The notes under the pieces were generated by a model. That model was not told the DNA's origin and searched no databases. It worked only from the letters and a program-made list of their open reading frames with translations. Below, piece after piece: positions 1 through 11,015 of a stretch of 26,334 nt of DNA; positions within the stretch are counted from its first letter, which is position 1; each line of letters opens with the position of its first letter. The stretch is taken from the NCBI GenBank assembly GCA_002269645.1, contig NIVC01005097.1, positions 1-26,334 of the forward strand. Direction: 5' to 3'. Position numbers and translations under genes: made by a program. Origin of the DNA: Macrostomum lignano. Taxonomy: Eukaryota.

Positions 1-88
1 CAGAATCTAAGCTGACGCGCATTCTAAGAATCTGAAGCTGACGCGCATTCTAAGAATCTAAGCTGACGCGCATTCTAAGAATCTAAGA
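1..88. repeat. 25-bp tandem repeat, truncated by the window edge
   Basis: AAGCTGACGCGCATTCTAAGAATCT, about 3.3 copies. Confidence 0.9.
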
Positions 89-163
89 TCTTTCTGTAAA
101 TTCTTGATTTTCTATTCGCAGGCGCAACGTTGGAGTCCTCTGAAGCCGTGTCACTAGTAGCGC

Positions 164-646
164 ATGCGCGGAATCAACAGCAGCCAGCAGACCTTCAACG
201 ACATCGCGTCGACCGCGGTGAACTCGTCGTCGTCATCAACGACGACAGCGGGCTCGCACCGGTTCAAGCGCGCCAGCCGGCGGGAACTTCGGCTGCAGTG
301 GCGGTCGCAGCGGCGGGCTTCTTCCAGCCAATCTACGGCAACTATCGAGCCTATTACGGTAAGCGGCTTCGAGCGGGCAATTTGAATATTGGCAGACTGC
401 AGGACGACCGGCTGGAACTGCTGCAGCCGACTTGTATCTGGGCCGCGATGTGCTGGATATCGGCTGCAACGATGGCATTTTATCCTTGAAGATTGCCGAG
501 ACTCTGGGCGTGAAGTCGCTCACCACGGGGTGGACATTGACGGCCACCTGTGTGTGCAGCGGGCACAGCGGAACCTGAGGCTGCGGGTGCGTGAGGCCGA
601 AGCCGAGCTGAGGCTGAAACGGAACCTGGCTAGGGAGGGCTACCAG
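164..646 (+). CDS. MEPCE: Bin3/MEPCE-type SAM-dependent RNA methylphosphate capping enzyme, exon 1 (frameshifted in this sequence)
   Basis: Joining frames gives FQPIYGNYRAYYGKR...DDRLELLQP(D)LYLGRDVLDIGCNDGILSLKIAETLGVKSL(T)HGVDIDGHLCVQRAQRNLR. This matches recalled MEPCE motifs (FQYGNY..YYGYR; GRDVLDLGCNVG = SAM motif I; GLDID = motif II). It needs -1 shifts at ~428 and ~523, and probably at ~320. The donor is TACCAG|GTGAGG at 646/647 (phase 0). The start is uncertain: ATG164, or coding from the acceptor TTTTCTATTCGCAG at 120-121. Confidence 0.88.
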
Positions 647-672
647 GTGAGGACTGTCTTCTGCTTCTGTAC

Positions 673-1132
673 GTGTCCGATCTGCCTGTCTTTGTGTCCT
701 ATCTGCCTGTCTTTGTCCGATCTGCCCGTCTTTGTGTCCTATCTGCCTGTCTTTGTGTCCTATCTGCCTGTCTTTGTCCGATCTGCCTGTCTTTGTCCGA
801 TCTGCCTGTCTTTGTGTCCTATCTGCCTGTGCCTGTCTGTGTCCGATCTGCCTGTCTTTGTCTGTCCGATCTGCCTGTCTTTGTCCGATCTGCCTGTGCC
901 TGTCTGTGTCCGATCTGCCTGTCTTTGTCCGATCTGCCTGTGCCTGTCTGTGTCCGATCTGCCTGTCTTTGTCTGTCCGATCTGCCTGTCTCTGTGTCCG
1001 ATCTGCCTGTCTTTGTCTGTCCGATCTGCCTGTCTTTGTGTCCTATCTGCCTGTCTTTGTCCGATCTGCCTGTGCCTGTCTGTTCCGATCTGTCTGTGTC
1101 CGATCTGTCTGTCTTTGTCTGTCTAATCCGCC

Positions 1133-1168
<36 letters not shown>

Positions 1169-1204
1169 CAATCTGTCTGTCTGTCTGTCTGTCTGTCTGT
1201 CCAA

Positions 1205-1245
<41 letters not shown>

Positions 1246-1270
1246 GTCCGATCTGCCTGTCTATCTGCTC
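673..1270. repeat. Intronic minisatellite (~20-24 bp) grading into (CTGT)n
   Basis: GTCCGATCTGCCTGTCTTTGT variants, with tetranucleotide CTGT runs at ~1135-1240. It fills most of the MEPCE intron (647-1367). Confidence 0.95.
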
Positions 1271-1367
1271 CCATATGTCTGTACGATCTCTCTGTATTCT
1301 TCTGTCCCTAATCTGTCTTGGTCGTGTCTGATGACACCCTGTCGGTCTCATCCCGGTCATCCCGCAG

Positions 1368-2038
1368 GTGGAGTCGCGGCAGCAGGAGCGCACCGGCTTC
1401 CCTACAACGTGTTCTTCCAGGCCGGCAACTACGTGCTGGACAGCGAGGAGCAGCTGGCCAAGGTCGAGGAGAACAAATACGACATCATCCAGGCATTCAG
1501 CATCACCAAATGGATCCACCTGAACTGGGCGATCGCGGCCTCAAATTATTCTTCGCCGGGCGTTTCGCGAGCTCCGGCCGGACGGCAAGCTGATCCTGGA
1601 GCCGCAGCCGTTCCAGTCCTACAAGAAGAAGCTGCTCTGCCCCGAGCACAAGCGCAACTACGCCAATATCGAGATGCGGCCGGAGAAATTTCGCGAATAC
1701 TTGGAACGCGAGGTCGGCTTCGCTCATAGTCTGTACATCTCCGAGCAGCAGCAGTACCACGGATTCCAGCGACCCGTGCTCATGTGCACCAAGCCGACTG
1801 GCCGCACCCCCGCGCTGCAGGCCGCGCCGGCCCCGCACCCGCTGCCGGCTGGCACGGCCGGCGGACCGCCGAGTCGCAGCGGGCGGCCGTGGCGATGGCG
1901 GCAGTCAGCAGTGCTGCCGAGACGCCGGAGTCCATCAGGCTGGCCGCCGCTTCGCCGCCCCAGCTGGACGACGGACTGGACTCGTTTGATGAGGAGCGGG
2001 GTTTTGAGTCCGGCGGCAGCCAGCAGCAGGGAGATTAG
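1368..2038 (+). CDS. MEPCE: Bin3/MEPCE-type methyltransferase, exon 2 (Bin3 domain; frameshifted in this sequence)
   Basis: Acceptor CCCGCAG| at 1367 (phase 0). The reconstructed peptide is GF(P)YNVFFQAGNYVLDSEEQL...YDIIQAFSITKWIHLNW(G)DRGLKLFF(R)RAFRELRPDGKLILEPQPFQSYKKK...MRPEKFREYLEREVGF...GFQRPVLMCTK. This matches recalled Bin3-domain motifs (FPNNV.F..GNYVL; SLTKWVHLNWGD.GL; LRPGG.L.LEPQPW.SY; GFQRP). It needs -1 shifts at ~1402, ~1529 and ~1554. The end is uncertain: TAG at 2038 (one more -1 near 1845-1865) or TGA at 2060. Confidence 0.9.
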
Positions 2039-2142
2039 CGCTGGCTCTGCTGGCACCTGATTGTGCTTGTTAATGTTCTTTTATTCAGTCAGTTGCGGCT
2101 CTGGAGCTTGCGTGGTACAGCTTATCAAATTTATAACTGAAT

Positions 2143-2861
2143 CCCAGATCCTCAGTTACTAGGCCAGCCTCACAGATTCCCAGTTGGTTAGCCAGCCTCC
2201 CAGATCCCCAGTTGCTTAGCCAGCTTCCCAGATCCCCAGTTGCTGCGCCAGCCTCCCAGATCCTCAGTTGCTGCGCCAGCCTCCCAGATCCCCAGTTGCT
2301 TAGCCAGCTTCCCAGATCCCCAGTTGCTGCGCCAGCCTCCCAGATCCTCAGTTGCTGCGCCAGCCTCCCAGATCCTCAGTTGCTGCGCCAGCCTCCCAGA
2401 TCCCAGTTGCTGTGCCAGCCTCCCAGATCCTCAGTTGCTGGGCCAGCCTCCCAGATCCTCAGTTGCTGGGCCAGCCTCCCAGATCCTCAGTTTCTGGCCA
2501 TGCCTCCCAGATCCTCAGTTGCTGGGCCAGCCTCCCAGATCCTCAGTTGCTGGGCCAGCCTCCAGATCCTCAGTTGCTGGGCCAGCCTCCCAGATCCTCA
2601 GTTGCTGGGCCAGCCTCCCAGATCCTCAGCTGCTGAGCCGCCACTCGCTGCCCAGATCCTCAGCTGCTGAGCCGCCACTCGCTGCCCAGATCCTCAGCTG
2701 CGGAGCCGCCACTCGCTGCCCAGATCCTCAGCTGCTGAGCCGCCACTCGCTGCCTAGATCCTCAGCTGCTGAGCCGCCACTCGCTGCCCAGATCCTCAGC
2801 TGCTGAGCCGCCACTCGCTGCCCAGATCCTCAGCTGCTGAGCCGCCACTCGCTGCCTAGAT
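2143..2861. repeat. Minisatellite, 28-bp unit switching to a 34-bp unit
   Basis: CCCAGATCCTCAGTTGCTGGGCCAGCCT to ~2620, then CCCAGATCCTCAGCTGCTGAGCCGCCACTCGCTG. Confidence 0.95.
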
Positions 2862-3442
2862 ACGAACATGGGTATTGTAAATAAGCTCCGTATTATCAGT
2901 GCTACTCAAGTGCAAGTAAATTTGCCCTTCATAGCTCCTTCCAACGATACAAGTGATAATCTGTCAAAGTTCTGCTGTTAAACATGAAATATCAAGGCTT
3001 ACTGTATACTCTGAGATAGGTGAAGTCTTCATTGAATTGCATATTTAACTCTTAGTTTATTATTTTATTGAGAAACTTTTAATATTGGCCTATTTTATTA
3101 GGAGTATCTCGCGACACTGGGGAGCCGCCATGCAGAGCGGACCGTCTGTGCCACGCCTTATAAACTGTCTGTTTTCCTGTCTGTTTATACACTTTGTTTA
3201 TTTATATTTTGTTTTCACCCTGTCGCTAGGCAGCGCTAGTTAATGCACAGATACTGTCGTGGCAGTTTTTTATTCTGAAAACTTTATTTGTTTGCCTGTT
3301 TGCTTTCTCCATGTGCAAAGCCGCCTGTGGCAGCTAATATGATATCGCGATCGGCTTCTGAGCCGTTTCGTACCTTTGTCGCCGTATTTTAACTTTGACT
3401 TGCCCCTCTTATCACGGTTCTCTGCGTCTCCGGACACCCGAT

Positions 3443-4064
3443 TCTCATCTGCCTTCTCTGCCTTCTCTGCCTTCTCATCTGCCTTCTCTGCCTTCTCATC
3501 TGCTTTCTCTGCTTCTCATCTGCCTTCTCTGCCTTCTCTGCCTTCTCATCTGCCTACTCATCTGCCTTCTCATCTGCCTTCTCTGCCTTCTCATCTGCCT
3601 ACTCTGACTTCTTCTCTGCCTTCTCTGCCTTCTCATCTGCCTTCTCTGCCTTCTCATCTGCTTTCTCTGCCTTCTCATCTGCCTTCTCTGCCTTCTCATC
3701 TGCCTTCTCTGCCTTCTCATCTGCCTTCTCTGCCTTCTCATCTGCCTTCTCTGCCTTCTCATCTGCCTTCTCTGCCTTCTCTGCCTTCTCATCTGCCTAC
3801 TCTGACTTTCATCTGCCTTCTCATCTGCCTTCTCTGCCTTCTCATCTGCTTCTCTGCCTTCTCATCTGCCTTCTCTGCCTTCTCATCTGCCTTCTCTGCC
3901 TTCTCATCTGCCTTCTCTGCCTTCTCATCTGCCTTCTCTGCCTTCTCTGCCTTCTCATCTGCCTTCTCTGCCTTCTCATCTGCCTTCTCTGCCTTCTCAT
4001 CTGCCTTCTCTGCCTTCTTCTCTGCCTTCTCTGCCTTCTCATCTGCCTTCTCTGCCTTCTCATC
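3443..4064. repeat. Composite 9/12-bp (21-bp) pyrimidine-rich minisatellite
   Basis: TCTGCCTTC and TCATCTGCCTTC units alternate. Confidence 0.95.
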
Positions 4065-4877
4065 ACATTTTCTGCCGTCTCTCTTCCAACCCCCAGCTCC
4101 CCTCTTTCCCTGCCTTCCCTGCCCAATGCTGTTAATAAATTGAAATCCGACTCCTACACTCGCATCCCGCGCGCACTCCTGCATCCACTCACTGCGGTCA
4201 GTACTAATGTGTAATAATACATTAGCCATAAAATCTACTCTATGCTACTGCTGCTAGCGACTCTGTGTGTACATTTCTGCGATCTTTTTCGCGCTAGGCT
4301 ATTTCTAAACGTACTTTAATACACTAAAAAAAGATTTGCAAAAACTTGGAGTTATTATCATACGTAATGTCATAAACTATTAAATTAATTATGCTTGTAA
4401 GTCTCTTGTGTAGAATCTGCTTTTCTACGAGTTTAGTGTGTATTTTGTAGAGTTTGTAAGCGGGACACTTGAGAAAAATTCACTAGAGTGTATTAAGCGA
4501 GTGTGTGTTTTATATTCCTTACTAGTGGCATACTCGTACATTATAATAATTATATTCACAATAAGCGGTAGCCTCTACTCTAAGTAGCATTATTTGGGCA
4601 TATGCAAGATTAATTTAAAAGTATTGCTGGGAAAATTGTTGAAACGGTGGTGGAGCAGTTCACACGGTACGATTCATAGCGAACGGTTTTCTGTACATAA
4701 ATGCTCAGCGAATGTCGCTTCATCTACTGTTCTTTTCAATTATTCTTGTCTAAAAAACTAAATAGGGTGAGTGTTGGTGACAGCTCTTGCATAGGCTGCG
4801 GTGCGAATGGCAGGCCAGTTCTGCGAAAACATCACCTCTTGTAAAGGAATAAACCAATGGAATGCTCGAGTCATGCC

Positions 4878-5549
4878 TTGGGTCAGGGAATGGGATCTGG
4901 ATTCCATTTGGGTCAGGGAATGGGATCTGGATTCGATTTGGGTCAGGGAATGGGATCTAGATTCCATTTGGGTCAGGGAATGGGGATCTAGATTCCATTT
5001 GGGTCAGGAAATGAGGATCTAGATTCCATTTGGGTCAGGGAATGGGATCTGGACTCATTTGGGTCAGGGAATGGGGATCTGGACTCATTTGGTTCAGGGA
5101 ATGGGGATCTGGACTCAATTGGGTCAGGGAATGGGGATCTGGACTCAATTGGTTCAGGGAATGGGGATCTGGACTCAATTGGGTCAGGGAATGGGGGCCT
5201 GGACTCAATTGGTTCAGGGAATGGGGATCTGGACTCAATTGGGTCAGGGAATGGGGATCTGAACTCAATTGGGTCAGGGAATGGGGATCTGGACTCAATT
5301 GGGTCAGGGAATGGGGATCTGGACTCATTTGGGTCAGGGAATGGGGATCTGGACTGAATTGGGTCAGGGAATGGGGGCCTGGACTCAATTGGTTCAGGGA
5401 ATGGGGATCTGGACTCATTTGGGTCAGGGAATGGGGATCTGGACTCAATTGGGTCAGGGAATAGGGATCTGGACTCCATTGGGTTGGGGAATGGGGATCT
5501 GGACTCAATTGGGTCAGGGAATGGGGATCTGGACTCATTTGGGTCAGGG
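4878..5549. repeat. 30-bp minisatellite
   Basis: GGGTCAGGGAATGGGGATCTGGACTCAATT, about 22 copies, with 29-bp variants at the left end. Confidence 0.95.
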
Positions 5550-6029
5550 CAAGCAAACCGTTATTCCGAGCCGCTGCCAGTTGCTAAGACAAATGTCCGT
5601 GATGCAGATTAAAAGTGCAAAGTGCAGGTCATTGTGCCAGGCTAAATCGAGCGTCACCTTTCCGGATGCAGCGAATAGCTAATGAGGTTATCGAACAATT
5701 GCAACAACTATGCACTATAGAAAATCTATAATGCTGCAGACATTAGCGCAATCTTCGGCGAGCCCACTGCCGTACAGCGGGTGGCAATTAGGTTATCCTG
5801 AGCGGTGAACCCTGGCCAGCATAGTGGAGCCCCGCGTCAACTCATTTTCTGTCGCCTGAAATTGCTTTCTCAAATCAGGTTTGCCGTCTCTAAGTCCCCC
5901 TGCCGGACTGCATGGGCGCGCCCTCCGATTCCACTTCGCCGAGCGGAATGCGCTAATCTCCTCTAATCCCTTCTGAAAATCACAACTTAAATAGCTTGAG
6001 AATGAGCATGAGAGATCACTGAGAATCCG

Positions 6030-6445
6030 TTAAAACTGCCAGAGAATCTCCTAAAACTACCTGAGAATCTCCTAAAACTACCTGAGTCCCCTAAAACTGT
6101 CTGAGAATCTCCCTCTCTACAACTACTTGAGAATCTCCCCTAAAACTGTCTGAGAATCTCCCCTAAGACCCACTGAGTAAATTCTTTTAAAACTACCCTA
6201 GTATCTCCCCTAAAACTACCTGAGAATCTCCTAAAACTACCTGAGTCCCCTAAAACTACTTGAGAATCTCCCCTAAAACTGTCTGAGAATCTCCCCTAAT
6301 ACTCTCAGAGAATCTCCCCTAAGACCCACTGAGTAAATTCTTTTAAAACTACCCTAGTATCTCCCCTAAAACTACCTGAGAACCTGCCTCTAGAACTACC
6401 TTAGAATCTCCCTTAAAATACTAGAGAATCTCCTCTAAAACTATT
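6030..6445. repeat. Degenerate 22-23-bp minisatellite with a higher-order duplication
   Basis: CTAAAACTACCTGAGAATCTCC(C) variants. The block AGACCCACTGAGTAAATTCTTTTAAAACTACCCTAGTATCTCCCC occurs twice (~6165 and ~6320). Confidence 0.9.
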
Positions 6446-6560
6446 CGAGATTATTATTTTGACCACTCCGATGAAGAAGAATTTCTAGGAACTGACAGCA
6501 ACTTTATATCACTCGAAGGGTTTGTGAGGATCTCCAATACAGCCTCGATAGGTAGGGCTC

Positions 6561-6808
6561 TCAGCACAGGTAGGGCGAACTGCAGTAGACATTGTCCCCG
6601 GCTAGCCTTCTAGAAGCTGCGGCTGCCGCGCCTCGAGAATCGTCCAACCGTCTACTGTCGCTCGTGCCGCTGTCCGGATCGTCAACGTCTTGGAATGCCG
6701 GAGCGGCGGCGGCTCCGGCTGCTGACTGGGGTGGACACCGGCGCATCAGCGGCCGCTCCTGCTGAGATGTCGGCCGCACCAGCGGGAGAGACAGCTGGCC
6801 TGCTCGGG
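6561..6808 (-). CDS. Probable terminal exon of the protocadherin cytoplasmic tail
   Basis: GC-rich with the same codon style as the firm exons. It reads ...QLSLPLVRPTSQQERPLMRR...FQDVDDPDSGTSDSRR...CSSPYLC* (TGA at 6563-6561). The DSG.SDS motif loosely resembles the delta-protocadherin CM1 motif. Possible acceptors start the exon at 6808 (phase 1), 6794 (phase 0) or 6825 (phase 2). Confidence 0.55.
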
Positions 6809-6827
6809 CTGGGGTGGGGCGGCGGCT

Positions 6828-7523
6828 GGGATGAAGGGTCGCGGTCATGGCTGATGAAGGGTCGGTGATGGCTGATGAAGGGTCGGTCATGGCTGATGAA
6901 GGGTCAGTGATGGATGATGAAGGGTCGGTGATGGCTGATGAAGGGTCGGTCATGGCTGATGAAGGGTCAGTGATGGATGATGAAGGGTCGGTCATGGCTG
7001 ATGAAGGGTCGGTCATGGCTGATGAAGGGTCGTGATGGATGATGAAGGGTCGGTCATGGCTGATGAAGGGTCGGTGATGGCTGATGAAGGGTCGGTGATG
7101 GCTGATGAAGGGTCGGTGATGTCTGATGAAGGGTCGGTCATGGCTGATGAAGGGTCGGTCATGGCTGATGAAGGGTCGTGATGGATGATGAAGGGTCGGT
7201 CATGGCTGATGAAGGGTCGGTCATGGCTGATGAAGGGTCAGTGATGGATGATGAAGGGTCGGTCATGGCTGATGAAGGGTCGGTCATGGCTGATGAAGGG
7301 TCAGTGATGGATGATGAAGGGTCGGTCATGGCTGATGAAGGGTCGGTCATGGCTGATGAAGGGTCGGTGATGGATGATGAAGGGTCGGTCATGTCTGATG
7401 AAGGGTCGGTCATGGCTGATGAAGGGTCGGTGATGGCTGATGAAGGGTCGGTGATGGCTGATGAAGGGTCGGTCATGGCTGATGAAGGGTCGGTCATGGC
7501 TGATGAAGGGTCGGTGATGGCTG
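6828..7523. repeat. 21-bp minisatellite abutting the terminal protocadherin exon
   Basis: GGCTGATGAAGGGTCGGT(C/G)AT, about 32 copies, with two 20-bp units near 7030 and 7177. Confidence 0.96.
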
Positions 7524-7691
7524 AGTAAGCTATTGATAGGGTACATGTACATGTAGAGTTACAAGCAGTAATCCATCAGTGGTAAGATAGCAACGGTGGT
7601 TAGAAACCCCATATTAGTTATTGTCAAAAAGCACACACTGACAACAAAACAAGGAAGTCGCTCTGCATGCGAACGGCATTGTCTGGGATAC

Positions 7692-7739
7692 CCCGGCGTT
7701 CGCGTACTGTACACTGGCGTGTACACTGATACGGTTTGC
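7692..7739 (-). CDS. Candidate micro-exon of the protocadherin tail
   Basis: Acceptor TTGCATTTTCACGGTGCAG| at 7740 and donor GGG|GTATCC at 7692/7691 give 16 codons (ANRISVHASVQYANAG), phase 0-0. Support is splice signals only. Confidence 0.2.
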
Positions 7740-8075
7740 CTGCACCGTGAAAATGCAACAGCAGGAACAGTTTTCACTGCTGGGAGTGGGCCAGGCCGAA
7801 CCACTGTGACAGCCGGACAGCTGCCGCCTATCTGTCAGAGCTTTGCTGGGGCTGGGCAATTTTTAACTTGGGGTCAGAATTGATAAGCCATGCGGTTATC
7901 CGGCACTGCGCTGATGTGCTTGCAGATTTTGTTTGCGAATATTGCATCTCGAATTTCTGCGTGCCGAATCGCGTCCGGAATCTCAGCCAGAATTTTGTGA
8001 ATAATGCGATTGGATCTTTCAAATTTTATTCTTTAGTTGGCTTAGCCATTGCTGTGGTGTGGTTGGGATCACTTA

Positions 8076-8885
8076 GGTCTCTCATGGTTCAGTCAGGGTC
8101 TCTCATGGCTCAGTCAGGGTCTCTCATGGCTCAGTCAGGTCTCTCATGGCTCAGTCAGGTCTCTCATGGCTCAGTCAGGTCTCTCATGGCTCAGTCAGGG
8201 TCTCTCATGGCTCAGTCAGGTCTCTCATGGCTCAGTCAGGTCTCTCATGGCTCAGTCAGGTCTCTCATGGCTCAGTCAGGTCTCTCATGGCTCAGTCAGG
8301 GTCTCTCATGGCTCAGTCAGGTCTCTCATGGTTCAGTCAGGTCTCTCGGGGTTCAGTCAAGTCTCTCATGGCTCAGTCAGGGTCTCTCATGGCTCAGTAA
8401 GGTCTCTCATGGTTCAGTCAGGGTCTCTCATGGCTCAGTCAGGTCTTTCATGACTCAGTAAGGGTCTCTCAAGGCTCAGTCAGGTCTCTCATGGCTCAGT
8501 CAGGTCTCTCATGGTTCAGTCAGGGTCTTTCATGGCTCAGTCAGGTCTCTCATGGTTCAGTCAGGGTCTCTCATGGTTCAGTCAGGTCTCTCATGGCTCA
8601 GTCAGGTCTCTCATGGTTCAGTCAGGGTCTCTCACGGCTCAGTCAGGTCTCTCATGACTCAGTAAGGGTCTCTCAAGGCTCAGTCAGGTCTCTCATGGCT
8701 CAGTCAGGTCTCTCATGACTCAGTAAGGGTCTCTCAAGGCTCAGTCAGGTCTCTCATGGCTCAGTCAGGTCTCTCATGGCTCAGTCAGGTCTCCCATGGT
8801 TCAGTCAGGTCTCTCGGGGTTCAGTCAGGGTCCCTTATGACTCACTAAGTAGGTCTCTCATGACTCACTAAGGTTCACTCAGGTC
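8076..8885. repeat. 20/21-bp minisatellite
   Basis: GGTCTCTCATGGCTCAGTCA(G), about 38 copies. Confidence 0.95.
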
Positions 8886-9052
8886 TTCTAATAAACTAAT
8901 TAACTAAATAACTTTTGAATTTTTTCAATCCTCGCGCATCATTGTATTTTACGAGTGCGCACTGCAATTTGAAAAGTCAAGCGAGAGAAACGAACCCTGG
9001 TCAGAAATAGCAGAATTGTTTCCGCAGGAGGATTAGGCGGGCTAATTGATAC

Positions 9053-9331
9053 CCGCGATGCTGATGTATCTTTATGGCCTCCACCACCGAGTGTTAGAGA
9101 TGTGGGAGGAGATCGCAGAAATCTGGCGACCTTCCTCCCGTGTTTCTTCAGCCGGGGGCCAGCAAAACTGCATTGCTGGCAGTTCATAAAATTCCTGCGC
9201 TGCCGGTGGCTCAGCTCCGCTGGTTTCCCGTCTGGCTTTTTCTTTCTTTCGAATTTCTTTGGCCCACCGGGGCATTGCTGGGGATGTTGAGTGGCTCGCA
9301 GGCTGGAGTCCCGTCGGGGCTGGCCATTAGA
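9053..9331 (-). CDS. Candidate protocadherin cytoplasmic-tail exon
   Basis: Acceptor TTTTTAACGCAG| at 9332, a 93-codon stop-free frame (SNGQPRRDSSLR...HKDTSASR) and a donor CGG|GTATCA at 9053/9052, phase 0-0. It is a unique-sequence island between two arrays. No homology is recognised. Confidence 0.4.
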
Positions 9332-9590
9332 CTGCGTTAAAAATTTAACGGATTAATGGATTGCGAATTTAGGGGGATCGGAGTGGACCCGCAGCGGCTT
9401 CTGCTGCGCGAGGCTCTGCCGCATGTGCACACGCGTGTGATGCTGTGTAGCGATAGCCTCATCTCCGGGGTGATGCAGAATCCTTGTGAAGCATGTGGAA
9501 CAAACATTACCTTCTGTGTGATACAACCCCACCTGGGTGAAACAATCATACTTACAGGGAGACAGCTAGACCGGCCCTTCTCAATCTCGT

Positions 9591-9885
9591 TTGACACAAT
9601 CTCACACTCCGAGTGACACAATCTCACCTTCCGAGTGACACAATCTCAACTTCCGAGTGACACAATCTCAACTTCTGAGTGACACAATCTCAACTTCCGA
9701 GTGACACAATCTCAACTTCTGAGTGACACAATCTCAACTTCCGAGTGACACAATCTCAACTTCTGAGTGACACAATCTCAACTTCCGAGTGACACAATCT
9801 CAACTTCCGAGTGACACAATCTCACACTCCGAGTGACACGATCTCACACTCCGGGTGACACGATCTCACACTTCCGAGTGACACA
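9591..9885. repeat. 21/22-bp minisatellite
   Basis: GTGACACAATCTCAACTTCCGA, about 13 copies. Confidence 0.95.
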
Positions 9886-10499
9886 AGACACACAATTCCT
9901 ACAGTTCTTCCCCATTGCAGCTCCCTTATTGCTCACACTTGGGCCACTATGCCTGCTGATACAAAAAGTAAAGTTTATGTTGGTATCGTTTGTAATAATC
10001 TGTACTGAATTTTCGACTCTTAATGATTTCTCCTGGTTATAACCCCAGCATTATAGCTCGTGATCTTGTTGATATTGCCAAACATTCAGTGGTTACTGCA
10101 GCTAGCGCCGCACTCAAGTAATTTCTCTCCTATCCGCCCACAACCGTTGCGAATTCCGCAGCTCCCCCTGGCGCACTGATTGGGAATCGCTGCAGATTGC
10201 CCCCTCCCCGCCCCAGGCTACATGGCAGCTGTTGAATGCAGCCTGGGCAGGTCAGTCAGTGGGGACAGGCGACACACAAAAGCTGAGGGAAGACGCCGCG
10301 CACCACCTTTGGACTAATGAGCTCCCTCGCCTGCCCGGCTGTTGGGTAGTTGGGCTGTGAGACTGAGAGCTCAAGGGGAAGTGCAAGCGGCTATAGCTGT
10401 TAAGACTCGAGTCTGCTCCCTGCTGCGCATTGGAAAGATGTTTGCAGGGATTTTACTTTGGGGAATAGAGGTTTCCAGTACTTAGAAATTGCTGATGGG

Positions 10500-11015
10500 C
10501 AGTGAATGGAGATTGATGGAGAATAATGGGAGAGTAGCCTGTGAATTCGTGGTGAAAGAATGGTGAATGGGTAGTGAAGGGATGGTGAATGGACAGTGAA
10601 GGGACGGTGAATGGATAGTGAAGGGATGGTGAATGGACAGTGAAGGGATCGTGAATGGACAGTGAAGGGATGGTGAATGGATAGTGAAGGAATGGTGAAT
10701 GGATAGTGAAGGGATGGTGAATGGATAGTGAAGGGATGGTGAATGGATAGTGAAGGGATGGTGAATGGGCAGTGAAGGGATAGTGAATGGATCGTGAAGG
10801 GACGGTGAATGAATTGTGAAGGGATGGTTAATGGATGATGGTGAATGGCAGTGAAGGGATTATGAATGACAGTGCAAGGATGGTGAATGGATAGTGAAGG
10901 GATGGTGAATGGACATTGAAGGGATGGTGAATGGATAGTGCAGGGACGGTGAATATATAATGAAGGGACGGTGAATGTATAGTGAAGGGATGGTGAATGG
11001 CAGTGAATGGATAGT
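10500..11015. repeat. 22-bp purine-rich minisatellite
   Basis: GTGAAGGGATGGTGAATGGA(T/C)A variants, degenerate at both ends. Confidence 0.93.

Noticed and set aside
3102-3242. Plus-strand acceptor (TATTTTATTAG) followed by a 46-codon frame EYLATLGSRHAERTVCATPYK with a hydrophobic tail, a possible alternative last exon of MEPCE
   Set aside because: Resemblance to the Bin3 C-terminus is vague, no matching donor was identified, and exon 2 already completes the domain.
3372-4126. Minus-strand reading of the 9/12-bp array as an E/K/A-rich helical repeat exon (AEKADEK)n, with an acceptor TTTATTAACAG near 4127 and a donor AAAG|GTACGA near 3372
   Set aside because: Unit lengths are multiples of 3 and the splice-like sites are attractive. 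However, the AEK frame contains a recurring AAG-to-TAG variant (~3554, ~3599, ~3797) and three -1 breaks, so it is not an open exon even after repair.
4620-5990. Short exon-like frames at 4758-4850 (-) and 5780-5985 (-), and donor-like sites at ~4670 and ~4768 (+)
   Set aside because: They have no recognisable motifs and form no consistent exon chain, so a third gene cannot be supported.
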